Positions 9,269 through 19,100 of a stretch of DNA of 64,000 nucleotides are shown here, piece after piece. The position numbers and the translations under genes are program-made. Below the pieces are notes generated by a model. The model had not been told where the DNA came from and did no database searches. It saw only the letters and a program-made list of their open reading frames with translations. Each line of letters begins with the position of its first letter. Within the stretch, counting starts at the first letter, position 1. This DNA comes from Candidatus Saccharimonadota bacterium (GTDB lineage Bacteria > Patescibacteriota > Saccharimonadia > CAILAD01 > GCA-016700035), in assembly GCA_046350755.1 (NCBI GenBank), contig JAXLZV010000001.1:11510-75509 (forward strand), read 5' to 3'.

Positions 9269-10750
9269 ATGCCCAACTCAACCCCTCAAAAACGCCCCAA
9301 GCGACTTGTCACTGTCGATGGCATTCGCTATTCGCTTGATACTGGCGATAGTGTTGGCCCAGCTCCTCGCCGACCTGCCCAGCCACACCCGGTATCGGTG
9401 AGCGAGACGCAGTCGAAATCAGTCATTCCGGCGAGTCCACCAGAGAAAAAGCCCTCGCTGCGTCGATCGCGGAGAAATGTGCGGGTCCCCGAACAGCCCT
9501 TGCCAGCGGCCGTTAAGCTAACCAGCCATAACCAGGCCGTCATGCATCCTGATCCAAAATTGCGGACCGCTCAGTTATTACACCCTCACAATGTTTCGCA
9601 TCCGGCCCTACCACTGCCGACCAGTCGCCAGCGACCGGCTGGCAAATTATCAATCTGGCAGTCAGTCGTCAAGCCGTCACTAACAGAGACTCATGATCGT
9701 CGCACAGTCTGGGCAAGTATCGGTATCGCTTTGTTGTCGCCAATAACGTGGCTACTCTTAGCGCTGCCGGCAGTAGTGATTTTTGCTGCCGATATACGGC
9801 GTGAGTCGGTCGGCAAGATCTTCGCCAGCACATCGAGCTGGATACTCGCCCAAACGCCGACAAGTATTTTGACCTTGCTAGCCGTATTCTCGGTGCTGCT
9901 CGGCATTGTTTGGCTAGTCCGTCACTCGCTCGTACTGGTTGCCTACGGTGTGCAGGTCCGACGCATCGACAATCGTCTGGTGTCAGGCCATCAGCTCTGG
10001 TGGCAGACCCTGGCGAAGATTTCGCGTCTGGTTTTGGTGGCACTTCTCGACGGCTTAATGGTGGTGACGGTTTGTATGCTGGCTGGACTGGCATTGCAAT
10101 GGATACTTGGTTCGGCAACACAAAATATGGCCGTCTGGTGGAGCCTTTTCTTCAATCTCACTGTATTCATGCTGGTGGCACTATTGTGGCTGCTCGCGAC
10201 ACATCGCCCACTGACGCGTGTCATGCTGTCAATCACTAATCGACCGGCCAGTTTTTTGGTGGTGAAGGGCTTCGGGCTGATTTTTCGCAACTGGATTCGT
10301 GCACTCGGTCTTGGCTTTGTCTGGCTGGCAGCAGCTGGTTTGACAGCCTTCTTGTTAGCCGGCATTTCTTGGGCGACAACAATATATGGGTTGGTCCAGA
10401 TCACTACTTCGATCGGACGGGTCGCGCTCTGGGCGGTGTCAGGTAGTCTGCTGATTTTTATTTTGACGAGTTTCACTGTTTGGTCGAACGGCTATTGGCC
10501 ACGGGCTTATCACATGCTCGCGCACCGAGCTTACCCGCGCACCGTGTCGCGGTTTATGGCCGATGATCCACGAGTGAAATCACGCCTAAAAACCATCCTT
10601 CACGTCAGTCTCATCATTATTGCCTACTTACTGATGGTTACAGCCTTACTCTGGTACGCCCGTCCGATTATTACCCAGCGGCTCGATACCGTGCAGCAAA
10701 ATGTACCGGACACCCTGGATAAGCTGCTTCCCAAGCTCCAATCACGTTAA
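9269..10750 (+). CDS. hypothetical polytopic membrane protein with basic/Pro-rich N-terminal tail
   Basis: 493-aa ORF with a disordered N-terminal 130 aa followed by at least eight predicted TM helices. No catalytic motif recognised. Confidence 0.5.
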   Translation: MPNSTPQKRPKRLVTVDGIRYSLDTGDSVGPAPRRPAQPHPVSVSETQSKSVIPASPPEKKPSLRRSRRNVRVPEQPLPAAVKLTSHNQAVMHPDPKLRTAQLLHPHNVSHPALPLPTSRQRPAGKLSIWQSVVKPSLTETHDRRTVWASIGIALLSPITWLLLALPAVVIFAADIRRESVGKIFASTSSWILAQTPTSILTLLAVFSVLLGIVWLVRHSLVLVAYGVQVRRIDNRLVSGHQLWWQTLAKISRLVLVALLDGLMVVTVCMLAGLALQWILGSATQNMAVWWSLFFNLTVFMLVALLWLLATHRPLTRVMLSITNRPASFLVVKGFGLIFRNWIRALGLGFVWLAAAGLTAFLLAGISWATTIYGLVQITTSIGRVALWAVSGSLLIFILTSFTVWSNGYWPRAYHMLAHRAYPRTVSRFMADDPRVKSRLKTILHVSLIIIAYLLMVTALLWYARPIITQRLDTVQQNVPDTLDKLLPKLQSR

Positions 10751-10802
10751 TGCGGTAGAGCTATATTGACGAATAATGCAAAAAGGAGTACAGTAAACCT
10801 AC

Positions 10803-10822
10803 AAAGCCCCGGCGGCTTTTTT
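10803..10822 (+). terminator. weak intrinsic terminator-like hairpin
   Basis: AAGCC-CCGGC-GGCTT followed by TTTTTT, between the membrane-protein gene and secE. Confidence 0.3.
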
Positions 10823-10838
10823 AGATTACGAGAGACTT

Positions 10839-11024
10839 ATGCAGCACGTACGACGTTACATCTCCAGCTCGATTGAAGAGCTCAAACGTGTCGTCTGGCC
10901 GACCCGCCAACAAGCGATTTCGCTGACGATCATCGTTTTGGTGTTTACGGCTATTGTAGCCGCCTATCTCTCTGGTCTTGATCTGATATTCCGCAATGCT
11001 TTGCAGCGATTGCTCGCGCTCTAA
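10839..11024 (+). CDS. secE: preprotein translocase subunit SecE (short monoderm-type)
   Basis: A 61-aa single-TM protein with a conserved C-terminal helix, sitting immediately upstream of nusG as in the canonical secE-nusG-rplKA arrangement. Confidence 0.75.
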   Translation: MQHVRRYISSSIEELKRVVWPTRQQAISLTIIVLVFTAIVAAYLSGLDLIFRNALQRLLAL

Positions 11025-11050
11025 TTCACTAACTTATTCGAAGGACGGCT

Positions 11051-11590
11051 ATGAAAACCGCTCACCCCGACGCCCACTGGTACGTCATCCACACCTACTC
11101 AGGTTATGAAGATCAGGTTGCTCAAAACTTGAAGCATCGAGTTGATACGCTTGGTCTGAAAGACAAGGTGTTTGATGTGATTGTGCCAAAAGAAAACCAG
11201 ATTGAAATCAAGAATGGTAAGCGTCGCGTCGTCGAGCGTAAGATTTTCCCAGGCTATATCCTGGTAAATATGCACGTCACCGAAGACTCATGGTACATCG
11301 TTCGCAATACGCCGAATGTTACTGGTTTTGTTGGCACAGGTACGACGCCAAGTCCGATGAGTCCAGATGAGATCAAAGTAATCCAGAAACGCATGGGGGT
11401 TGAAGAGCCGAAGTTCCAGATTGATTACTCGATTGGTGAGCTGGTCAATATCACTGATGGTCCGTTTAAGGGCTTTGATGGTCAGATTGCTGAGATCGAC
11501 GAGTCGAAGGGTAAGATTAAGGTCTTAGTCTCAATGTTTGGTCGTGAGACCCCAGTCGAGCTTGATAGCTTGCAGGTAAAGAAAGTTTAA
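11051..11590 (+). CDS. nusG: transcription termination/antitermination factor NusG
   Basis: NGN domain plus C-terminal KOW motif (GELVNITDGPFKGFDGQIAEID); conserved position. Confidence 0.85.
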   Translation: MKTAHPDAHWYVIHTYSGYEDQVAQNLKHRVDTLGLKDKVFDVIVPKENQIEIKNGKRRVVERKIFPGYILVNMHVTEDSWYIVRNTPNVTGFVGTGTTPSPMSPDEIKVIQKRMGVEEPKFQIDYSIGELVNITDGPFKGFDGQIAEIDESKGKIKVLVSMFGRETPVELDSLQVKKV

Positions 11591-11647
11591 ACTAAGCACT
11601 GTGGGAGGCGACCCAGTCGCCGCTCGTACCACACAAGGAGTAGAACT
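11591..11647 (+). promoter_or_regulatory. rplK leader with GTGGGAGGC..CACAAGGAG motif (possible L1 autoregulatory site)
   Basis: A conserved motif is shared with the rplA leader at 12083..12139 (CTGTGGGAGGC / CTCGTGGGAGGC, then ACCACAAGGAG-N5-ATG). Confidence 0.3.
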
Positions 11648-12082
11648 ATGGCAGAAGCTAAGAAAATCACCGCTAAACTGAAGATGGTCATTCCGGCCGG
11701 AGGAGCAACACCAGCTCCACCAGTTGGCTCGGCCCTTGGTCAGCACGGTGTCAATATGATGGATTTTATCAATGCCTTCAATGACAAGACGAAGGATATG
11801 AAAGGCGCGCAGTGTCCTACTAAAATCTATATCTATGAAGACAAGAGTTTTACATTTGAAGTGAAGGGTACGCCAGCCAAGACACTGATTAAGCAGGCCC
11901 TCGGCATCCAGAAGGCCAGTGGTGTTCCGAATAAGGATAAAGTTGGTAAGCTGACCGATGCACAGTTGACCGAAATCGCTGAAAAGAAGATGGCAGACTT
12001 GAACGCCAATGACATCGAGGCTGCTAAGAAAGTAATCGCCGGCACCGCTCGGTCGATGGGCGTAGAAGTCGAAGCAAAGTAA
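11648..12082 (+). CDS. rplK: 50S ribosomal protein L11
   Basis: Conserved L11 N-terminal [12 protein letters not shown] and C-terminal domains; strong AAGGAG RBS. Confidence 0.9.
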   Translation: MAEAKKITAKLKMVIPAGGATPAPPVGSALGQHGVNMMDFINAFNDKTKDMKGAQCPTKIYIYEDKSFTFEVKGTPAKTLIKQALGIQKASGVPNKDKVGKLTDAQLTEIAEKKMADLNANDIEAAKKVIAGTARSMGVEVEAK

Positions 12083-12139
12083 ACAATTAACTCGTGGGAG
12101 GCCGCTGACTAGCTGGCTGCATGCACCACAAGGAGAACT
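12083..12139 (+). promoter_or_regulatory. rplA leader, second copy of the GTGGGAGGC..CACAAGGAG motif
   Basis: See the rplK leader; same motif order and same spacing to the ATG. Confidence 0.3.
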
Positions 12140-13099
12140 ATGATGGTAAAAAAAGTCGAAGATACCCCCGAAGTAACCCCTGATGAAGTGGCGATGATTG
12201 AAGAAGTCGCCGAAGAGATTACTGAAGAAGAAGCCGCTGGCGCTGAAGGCAGCGCAGCCAAGCCAACCAAAACTGCTAAGGCTGGTAAGCGCAGTGCCAA
12301 AGCCGCTAAAGAAGCCGAAGAGCTCGACGAGAAAGCTGCTCGTAAGGCCGAGATTGCTGCTAAAGAAGACGCTCCGCGCCCCAAGCAGAAGCCCCGCGTC
12401 AAGAAATACTCAAAGAACCAAAAGGCCATGCGGGCCGAGATCGAAGCCGACAAGCTTTATGACGTAACCGGTGCAGTTGCTCTGCTGAAAAAGATTTCCA
12501 AGGCTAAGTTTGATCCGACTCTCGAGATTCATGTCCGTCTCGATATTGATCCCCGCCAAGCTGATCAGATGGTGCGAGCCTCAACTGTACTACCGGCCGG
12601 CAGCGGTAAGATTGTTAAGGTCGCCGTTTTGACCACTGATGACAAGAAGCTTGATGCTGCTGTCAAAGCTGGTGCCATTAAGATCAGCCAGGAAGACCTC
12701 CTGACCGCGATCGGAAAGGGCGTCTTTGACTTTGATACCCTGGTTGCCACGCCTGATATGATGCCACAGCTTGGTCGGCATGCTAAGGCGCTCGGTCCAA
12801 AGGGGCTCATGCCATCGCCGAAGAGTGGTACTGTCACGGCTGACCCAGCCAATGCAGTCTCCGAGATCCAGAAGGGTCGACTGGAAGTGAAGAATGATGC
12901 CAATGGTATCGTCCACGCTGCGCTCGGTAAGCTGTCATTTACAGCTGAAGACTTAGAAAGTAACGTCCGGGCTGTTCTCACCTGCGTCCAGCAGAATCGT
13001 CCCAGCGGCGTGAAGGGGACCTACGTTCGGTCGATTTCATTGTCGGCCACCATGACGCCAGGAGTGAAAATTGATCCAGCCGAAATGGCCAAGAAGTAA
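12140..13099 (+). CDS. rplA: 50S ribosomal protein L1 with an ~85-aa K/A/E-rich N-terminal extension
   Basis: The L1 core runs from KKYSKNQKAMRAEIEADKLYD.. to the end. A strong AAGGAGA RBS precedes the ATG at 12140, so the low-complexity extension appears to be translated. Confidence 0.85.
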   Translation: MMVKKVEDTPEVTPDEVAMIEEVAEEITEEEAAGAEGSAAKPTKTAKAGKRSAKAAKEAEELDEKAARKAEIAAKEDAPRPKQKPRVKKYSKNQKAMRAEIEADKLYDVTGAVALLKKISKAKFDPTLEIHVRLDIDPRQADQMVRASTVLPAGSGKIVKVAVLTTDDKKLDAAVKAGAIKISQEDLLTAIGKGVFDFDTLVATPDMMPQLGRHAKALGPKGLMPSPKSGTVTADPANAVSEIQKGRLEVKNDANGIVHAALGKLSFTAEDLESNVRAVLTCVQQNRPSGVKGTYVRSISLSATMTPGVKIDPAEMAKK

Positions 13100-13117
13100 G
13101 CCTTCTTCTGGTTCGCT

Positions 13118-13147
13118 AAAACGCCCCGTCATCGGGGCGTTTTGCTT
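13118..13147 (+). terminator. intrinsic terminator after rplA
   Basis: ACGCCCCG-TCAT-CGGGGCGT followed by TTTGCTT. Confidence 0.6.
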
Positions 13148-13218
13148 ATGCTTGGTAATAGCTTCGGCCGGCCGGTACACTGGTAGAGTCTTGTACCTAT
13201 AGAGAAAGAGGTATCCAA

Positions 13219-14022
13219 TTGCCTGAGATGGATTTTGCCCAATGGTCACGGCAAGAACTCATTCGATGGCTTGACCACACACTTCTCGTTCAGAGCCATC
13301 GGCACGTCCGTGAAGCTCAGCGCGAGCTTCGGCGACGACCGACTGGTGTTCTTTCTGATCAGGAAATTCGGAGCGCAATGGAGCGCGATGATATCGTGAT
13401 TGAGCCTTTCGCGCCCCGACAACTCAACACAGCCAGCTATGACATCACGCTGGGTGAGTGGTTTTACATCTGTGAGGCCATGCCCTTCGAAGACAATTTC
13501 AACCCTTGGGATCCAGAAGATGTCGCCAGGTATTACAAGGGGCCGTATCAGGCTCTGACCAACCAAGAATGGTCTGATCAGCACCGCGGAGGGCGGCTGT
13601 GGAAGAATATTCCGCCGAATGCACCGATTATCGTCTTGCGGCCAGGAGAATGTATTCTGGGTCACACAGTCGAATTTATCGGTGCTCGTCGCGACGCGGT
13701 CACCATGATGCACGCTCGCTCGTCGATCGGGCGGGTGAATATCTCAACCTGCGATGATGCAGGCTGGGGCGACATCGGCTACATCAATCGCTGGACGATG
13801 GAAATTCGCAATAAGAATAATGCAGTTGTTCCACTGGTGGTTGGTGAACGTATGGGTCAGATCATCTTTTTTGCAGCCGGTCCAACCGATCGAAGTTATG
13901 GCAACGAAGGGCATTACCAGTCGTCTCGCAACCTGGATGAGCTCCGTCAGAACTGGAAGCCGGCAGACATGTTGCCGCGCTTGCAGCTCGATACGGATGG
14001 GCTAGGAGTGAACCATGGATGA
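13219..14022 (+). CDS. dcd: dCTP deaminase family protein with N- and C-terminal extensions
   Basis: Blocks VLSDQEIRSAMERDDIVIEPF..SYDITLGEWFY, GRSSIGRVNI, DAGWGDIGYINRWTMEIRN and GERMGQIIFF match the Dcd/dUTPase-like fold. The start may be the ATG at 13228. Confidence 0.75.
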   Translation: MPEMDFAQWSRQELIRWLDHTLLVQSHRHVREAQRELRRRPTGVLSDQEIRSAMERDDIVIEPFAPRQLNTASYDITLGEWFYICEAMPFEDNFNPWDPEDVARYYKGPYQALTNQEWSDQHRGGRLWKNIPPNAPIIVLRPGECILGHTVEFIGARRDAVTMMHARSSIGRVNISTCDDAGWGDIGYINRWTMEIRNKNNAVVPLVVGERMGQIIFFAAGPTDRSYGNEGHYQSSRNLDELRQNWKPADMLPRLQLDTDGLGVNHG

Positions 14023-14686
14023 CATTTTCTATGATAGTAAATTCTGGCATGGGCCACCGCGGTTTATCGCCGTCGAGGGTCCAGATGGTGCTGGCAAGTC
14101 TACGTTGGTGACAGGCCTGGTGACCTGGATGCGCGAGGAGCTTGGGCTTGAGGTTGAGCAACTTTTGGAGCCTGGTAGTGGTCGATTGGCTAGCGAGCTT
14201 CGGGCAATTCTCTTGATGGGCGAGATGGACATCAGTACATACGAAGAGATCATGCTCATGACCGCCGCGAGAGTGGATACTCGTCTTCGCCATGTTCAGC
14301 CGGCGCTTACAACTGGTAAGTGGGTGATCTGCGATCGAGCCGAACTTTCCACCATCGTATACCAAGGGTTTGCTCGTGATGAAGGGGCGATGCTGTTTGC
14401 AAAGCAGCAACAGGATATGATTCGAGCCCAGGTAAGACGGGCTGATTTATATCTAGTGCTACAGCTCGCATATGATAAAGCGCAGCTGCGCCTATTGGGG
14501 ACTGGCAAGCTACCGGATCGCTTTGAGAGTGCTGATGTGCGCTTTCGGCAGCGAGTCAGTTTGGGTTTTGAGCTAATCGACAATCTTGTTCCTGGAGAAT
14601 ACCGGATGGCTCACATTGATGCCAGTGTAACCCCCGAGGAGCTGGTCCAGCTTGCCATCCTGGCTATTCAGGCTGAGTGCTCCTAA
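14015..14686 (+). CDS. tmk: thymidylate kinase
   Basis: P-loop FIAVEGPDGAGKSTLV and the DR motif VICDRAELSTIVYQG. The start overlaps the dcd stop. Confidence 0.8.
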   Translation: MDDIFYDSKFWHGPPRFIAVEGPDGAGKSTLVTGLVTWMREELGLEVEQLLEPGSGRLASELRAILLMGEMDISTYEEIMLMTAARVDTRLRHVQPALTTGKWVICDRAELSTIVYQGFARDEGAMLFAKQQQDMIRAQVRRADLYLVLQLAYDKAQLRLLGTGKLPDRFESADVRFRQRVSLGFELIDNLVPGEYRMAHIDASVTPEELVQLAILAIQAECS

Positions 14687-14781
14687 TTCATTCATCCCAG
14701 TTGAAAGGCTGGGATTTTTATTGTGCCAAATCTATGCTATAATGCCGTGGATCTTGCACCTAAAAGAAGGAGAAGAGCTAC

Positions 14782-15939
14782 ATGGGCTACGGATGCCGTA
14801 CATTGGCAGATTCGCTTTGTCATAATCGGGCTGGTGAGTTTCGCCTCACCACCTTCGAGATAACGTTGCCGAGGATGGTCTTGGCTGAGTTCAACACCCA
14901 CACCATTCTTTCGCGCAACAGCGCCAGCTCGCGCGCGATTCCGGTGAAGAAGCAACTGCGTCGTGTGCTTGATGACCCGTATGTCCCTTTTTATTGGGGG
15001 AAGAATGTGCCGGGCATGCAGGCACCGGAGCCGATTCCCGAGGATCGCATTCCTGAGGCTTCGCGAATCTGGCTGCTAGGTCGGAATCGAGCTATCATTA
15101 CCACCCTCGCTGAACTGCTGGGTGAAGTCAAGCTCGATTGGGCCTGTCGGGAGACTATCGACTGCGATCAGCATGACATCACGCGGTTGTCGGATGAAGT
15201 GCAGGAGCAAGCCCTCCGCCAATTGGTAGATCTGGCAAGCGAACTCCTTGACGATGAGTCTGAGGCTGATCTTATTCTCAATGTTCACAAGCAGCTTGCC
15301 AATCGGCTGCTCGAGCCCTTCATGTGGCACACCATTATCACGACCGCAACTGAATGGCGGAATTTCTTTGCGCTGCGTTCACACAATGATGCTCAGCCTG
15401 AGATCCGTGTCATCGCTGAGATGATGCGAGATGTCTATGGCATGGAGCTCCCAGGTGACGCTTATAATGATAAGATGCGCTACCAGCCATATCGTGAATG
15501 GTCCGAAGCTGGTTATACGGCCTCAGAGCCAGTTGAGCTGGCGGCCGATGAGTGGCATACGCCGCTTCTGACTCGTGATCAGATGAATAGATATGGCATC
15601 GATTGGGATGTGGCGCGCGATGTCTCGGTTGGACGCTGTGCTCGAGTAAGTTATCTGACTCACGATGGGCGAGAAGATTGGGAAGAGGATGTTTTTCTGG
15701 CTCGTGAACGCTTGCAGCCCAGCGGGCATATGTCACCATTCCAGCATGTTGGCCGACCGATGCGTGATGATGAACTCAAGCCGGTTGTCTATTTCTACGA
15801 AGAGGCTGGTGATATGCAGATCGGTTGGGACGGCGAATATAGCGCTTGGTCTGGCAATTTTCAGGGTTTCATGCAGTACCGCAAGATGTTGCCGCATGAG
15901 TTCGATTTCTCAGAAGTTCTGGTACAGAATCACACATAA
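14782..15939 (+). CDS. ThyX-fold (flavin-dependent thymidylate synthase family) protein, divergent and extended
   Basis: FRLTTFEITLPRMVLAEFNTHTILSRNSASSRA aligns to the ThyX [35 protein letters not shown], and LANRLLEPFMWHTIITTATEWRNFFALRSHNDAQPEIR to [36 protein letters not shown]. The RHR arginines are replaced by T-H-T, there is an insertion of about 100 aa, and a C-terminal extension of about 165 aa. Confidence 0.5.
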   Translation: MGYGCRTLADSLCHNRAGEFRLTTFEITLPRMVLAEFNTHTILSRNSASSRAIPVKKQLRRVLDDPYVPFYWGKNVPGMQAPEPIPEDRIPEASRIWLLGRNRAIITTLAELLGEVKLDWACRETIDCDQHDITRLSDEVQEQALRQLVDLASELLDDESEADLILNVHKQLANRLLEPFMWHTIITTATEWRNFFALRSHNDAQPEIRVIAEMMRDVYGMELPGDAYNDKMRYQPYREWSEAGYTASEPVELAADEWHTPLLTRDQMNRYGIDWDVARDVSVGRCARVSYLTHDGREDWEEDVFLARERLQPSGHMSPFQHVGRPMRDDELKPVVYFYEEAGDMQIGWDGEYSAWSGNFQGFMQYRKMLPHEFDFSEVLVQNHT

Positions 15940-15947
15940 GCACTCGG

Positions 15948-15976
15948 CCCCACCTTACTAGGTGGGGTATTTTTTT
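15948..15976 (+). terminator. intrinsic terminator after the thyX-like gene
   Basis: CCCCACC-TTACTA-GGTGGGG followed by TATTTTTTT. Confidence 0.65.
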
Positions 15977-16027
15977 ATTGATGATGCTAAATTTATGAAT
16001 AATTACCTTTATTCCCCCTCATACCCC

Positions 16028-16057
16028 TTGTGCTAGAACTATCACCAAGCCTATAAT
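16028..16057 (+). promoter_or_regulatory. candidate sigma70-type promoter for the giant NHL gene
   Basis: TTGTGC, an 18-nt spacer, then TATAAT, about 70 nt upstream of the ATG at 16130. Confidence 0.35.
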
Positions 16058-16129
16058 AGACCCTATAGTTTTTGATGAGGGTAGTAATGAACACTGCAGT
16101 AGGTGGTGAGTAGCACTTGGTTGTAAGGT

Positions 16130-19100
16130 ATGAATAAAGTCAGAAACACAGACCCCACCAAGTCAACCAATTCAAATCTGAGGCGCATCCATGACATCCG
16201 TCATCCCCAGTCCTCAGACCAACCAACTAACCGACCCCGCCGTGTCGGTCGTCTGTTATCATGGCGACTCCCAAACCGTCGAGTCCTCCGAGCTCGTCTA
16301 GTTACCATTACAAACAAATGGACCATCACTACAGCCCGTCTGCGCCAGTTGGCACTCGGTGGTCTGTCGTTGTCTAAGCTAGATCTTCGTAAGTTGTCAG
16401 TAGCTCTCGATCCCCACAAATTCTCTCTTCCTACCCTCGATCCCCGCAAGCTCGACTTTTACAAGCTTCATCCCCGCAATCTATCCCGCGCCAAACTGAC
16501 TACCGGTGCTAAGACTATCCATCATCACACTAAAAACTTCCTCCATTCACCCCGAGCAGTCATCCAGGCTGTCTTAGTGCTGGCCCTAGTTCTTAGCTTT
16601 GTCCAGTTTGCGCGGGCGATTACTCCGACCATCACCACCCAAGCTGCGACTAACCTAGACTGGAATAAAGCTGCTCTCAATGGTCAAGTCAACGATGATC
16701 ATGGTGAGCAAGTTACCGAGACTGGCTTTGAGTATGGCCCTGATACCAACTATGGCGACACCACTCAAGCTACGGCTGAGTATAAATTCTCTAGCATTAT
16801 TGGTGGTGCTTTAGCTGATGGTACTACGAATCGACCTGGTAGCATCACCACCGACAGTGCGGGCAATGTCTATGTGGCCGATACTGATAACCACCGCATC
16901 CAGAAGTTTGACTCATCTGGTACTTTCATTACTAAATGGGGCACCAATGGCTCCGGCGATGGTCAGTTTAGCAATCCTCAAGGCATCGCCACCGACAGTG
17001 CGGGCAATGTCTATGTGGCCGATACTGATAACCACCGCATCCAGAAGTTTGACAGTGCTGGTACTTTTATTGCCAAGTGGGGTGGTAGAGGGGCAGCCAA
17101 TGGGAAGTTTAACTATCCCCAAGGCCTCACCACCGACAGCGCTGGCAATGTTTATGTGGCGGATACATATAACCGCCGCATCCAGAAGTTTAATAGCACT
17201 GGCACGTATATCTCCCAGTGGGGCACCAATGGCTCCGGCGATGGTCAGTTTAGCAATCCTCAAGGCATCGCCACCGACAGTGCGGGTAATGTCTATGTGG
17301 CGGATACCAATAACCACCGCATCCAGAAGTTTAATAGCGCTGGCACATATATCTCGCAGTGGGGAACGAATGGCTCCGGTGACGGTCAGTTCAACCAACC
17401 CCAAGGCCTTACCACCGACAGTGCTGGCAATGTCTATGTGGCGGATACTAGTAACCACCGCATCCAGAAGTTCGACAGCGCCGGTACCTACCTCACCCAG
17501 TGGGGCACGGGTGGCTCCGGCGATGGTCAGTTCTACTCTCCCACCGGCATCACCACCGACAGCGCGGGTAATGTCTATGTGGCGGATAGGGACAACCACC
17601 GCATCCAGAAGTTTAATAGCTCTGGTACTTTTATTACCAAATGGGGTAATTATGGCTCCGGCGATGGTCAGTTTGACTACCCCCAAGGCCTCACCACCGA
17701 CAGCGCGGGTAATGTCTATGTGGCGGATAGTGGTAACAACCGTATCCAGAAGTTTGATAGTACTGGTAACTTCATTACTAAGTGGGGTAAAAATGGTGGT
17801 GATGGGAGCTCTGGCTTTGGCAATGGTGAGTTCGACTATCCCTCCGGCCTCACCACCGACAGCGCGGGTAATGTCTATGTGGCGGATACATATAACTACC
17901 GCATCCAGAAGTTCGACTCGTCCGGTACTTTCATCACTAAATGGGGTAATCCTGGCTCCGGCGATGGTCAGTTCTACTCCCCTCAAGGCCTCACCACCGA
18001 CAGTGCTGGCAATGTTTATGTGGCGGATACCAATAACCACCGCATCCAGAAGTTTGACTCATCCGGTACTTTTATTACCAAATGGGGTAATTATGGCTCC
18101 GGTAATGGTCAGTTTAGCAATCCCCAAGGCCTCACCACCGACAGTGCTGGCAATGTCTATGTGGCGGATAGGGACAACTCCCGCATCCAGAAGTTTGATA
18201 GTGCCGGTACGTATATTTCCCAGTGGGGCAGTCAAGGCTCCGGCGATGGTCAGTTTGACTACCCCCAAGGCCTCACCACCGACAGCGCGGGTAATGTCTA
18301 TGTGGCGGATACCAATAACCACCGCATCCAGAAGTTTGATAGCTCTGGTACTTTTATTACCAAATGGGGTAATCCTGGCTCCGGCGATGGTCAGTTCTAC
18401 GAGCCTCAAGGCCTCACCACCGACAGCGCGGGTAATGTCTATGTGGCGGATAGGAACAACCACCGCATCCAGAAGTTCACCCTGGTCGCTAATAGTGATA
18501 CCTTTTCAAGTCAAATAGAGAATCTCAGTTGTGATACTAGCTACCACTACCGCGCTTATGCTACTAATGCCAGTGGTACGAGTTATGGTACCGATCAAGT
18601 CTTCACCACCCCATCATGCGTTCCCTTAGCTCCAAGTAATCTGCGGGTCGAAGTCCAGTCCTTTAATAGTATTGAGGTTGTTTGGGATCGACCGGATTAT
18701 ACTGGTTCAGCTGGCATTGACCATTACATCATCTACTACCGCAAAGCCGGCACTGGTAGCTGGCAACAGGTTAGTAGTAATAATGATGCAGAATCTGTCA
18801 TTGTATCCGGCCTGGAGCAGTTTACTAGCTACGACATGAAAGTCAGTGCCGTAAACTATGACGGCCATGAGAGCCCAGCTACCGCCGAAGTCTCAGAGAC
18901 TACTCCGCGAGTTAACTTTGGCCTAGTCCGTAACTGTCAGGATTTACAGAATATTAATAACAACCTGAATGTTAGCTACGAGCTAGTTAATGACATCGAC
19001 TGCTCCGATACCATCAACTGGAATGCTGGTGCGGGCTTTGTCCCTCTAGGAGGTTGCCAGTATGATTTTTATAGTTTGTCAGAACCAACTCCCTTTAAAG

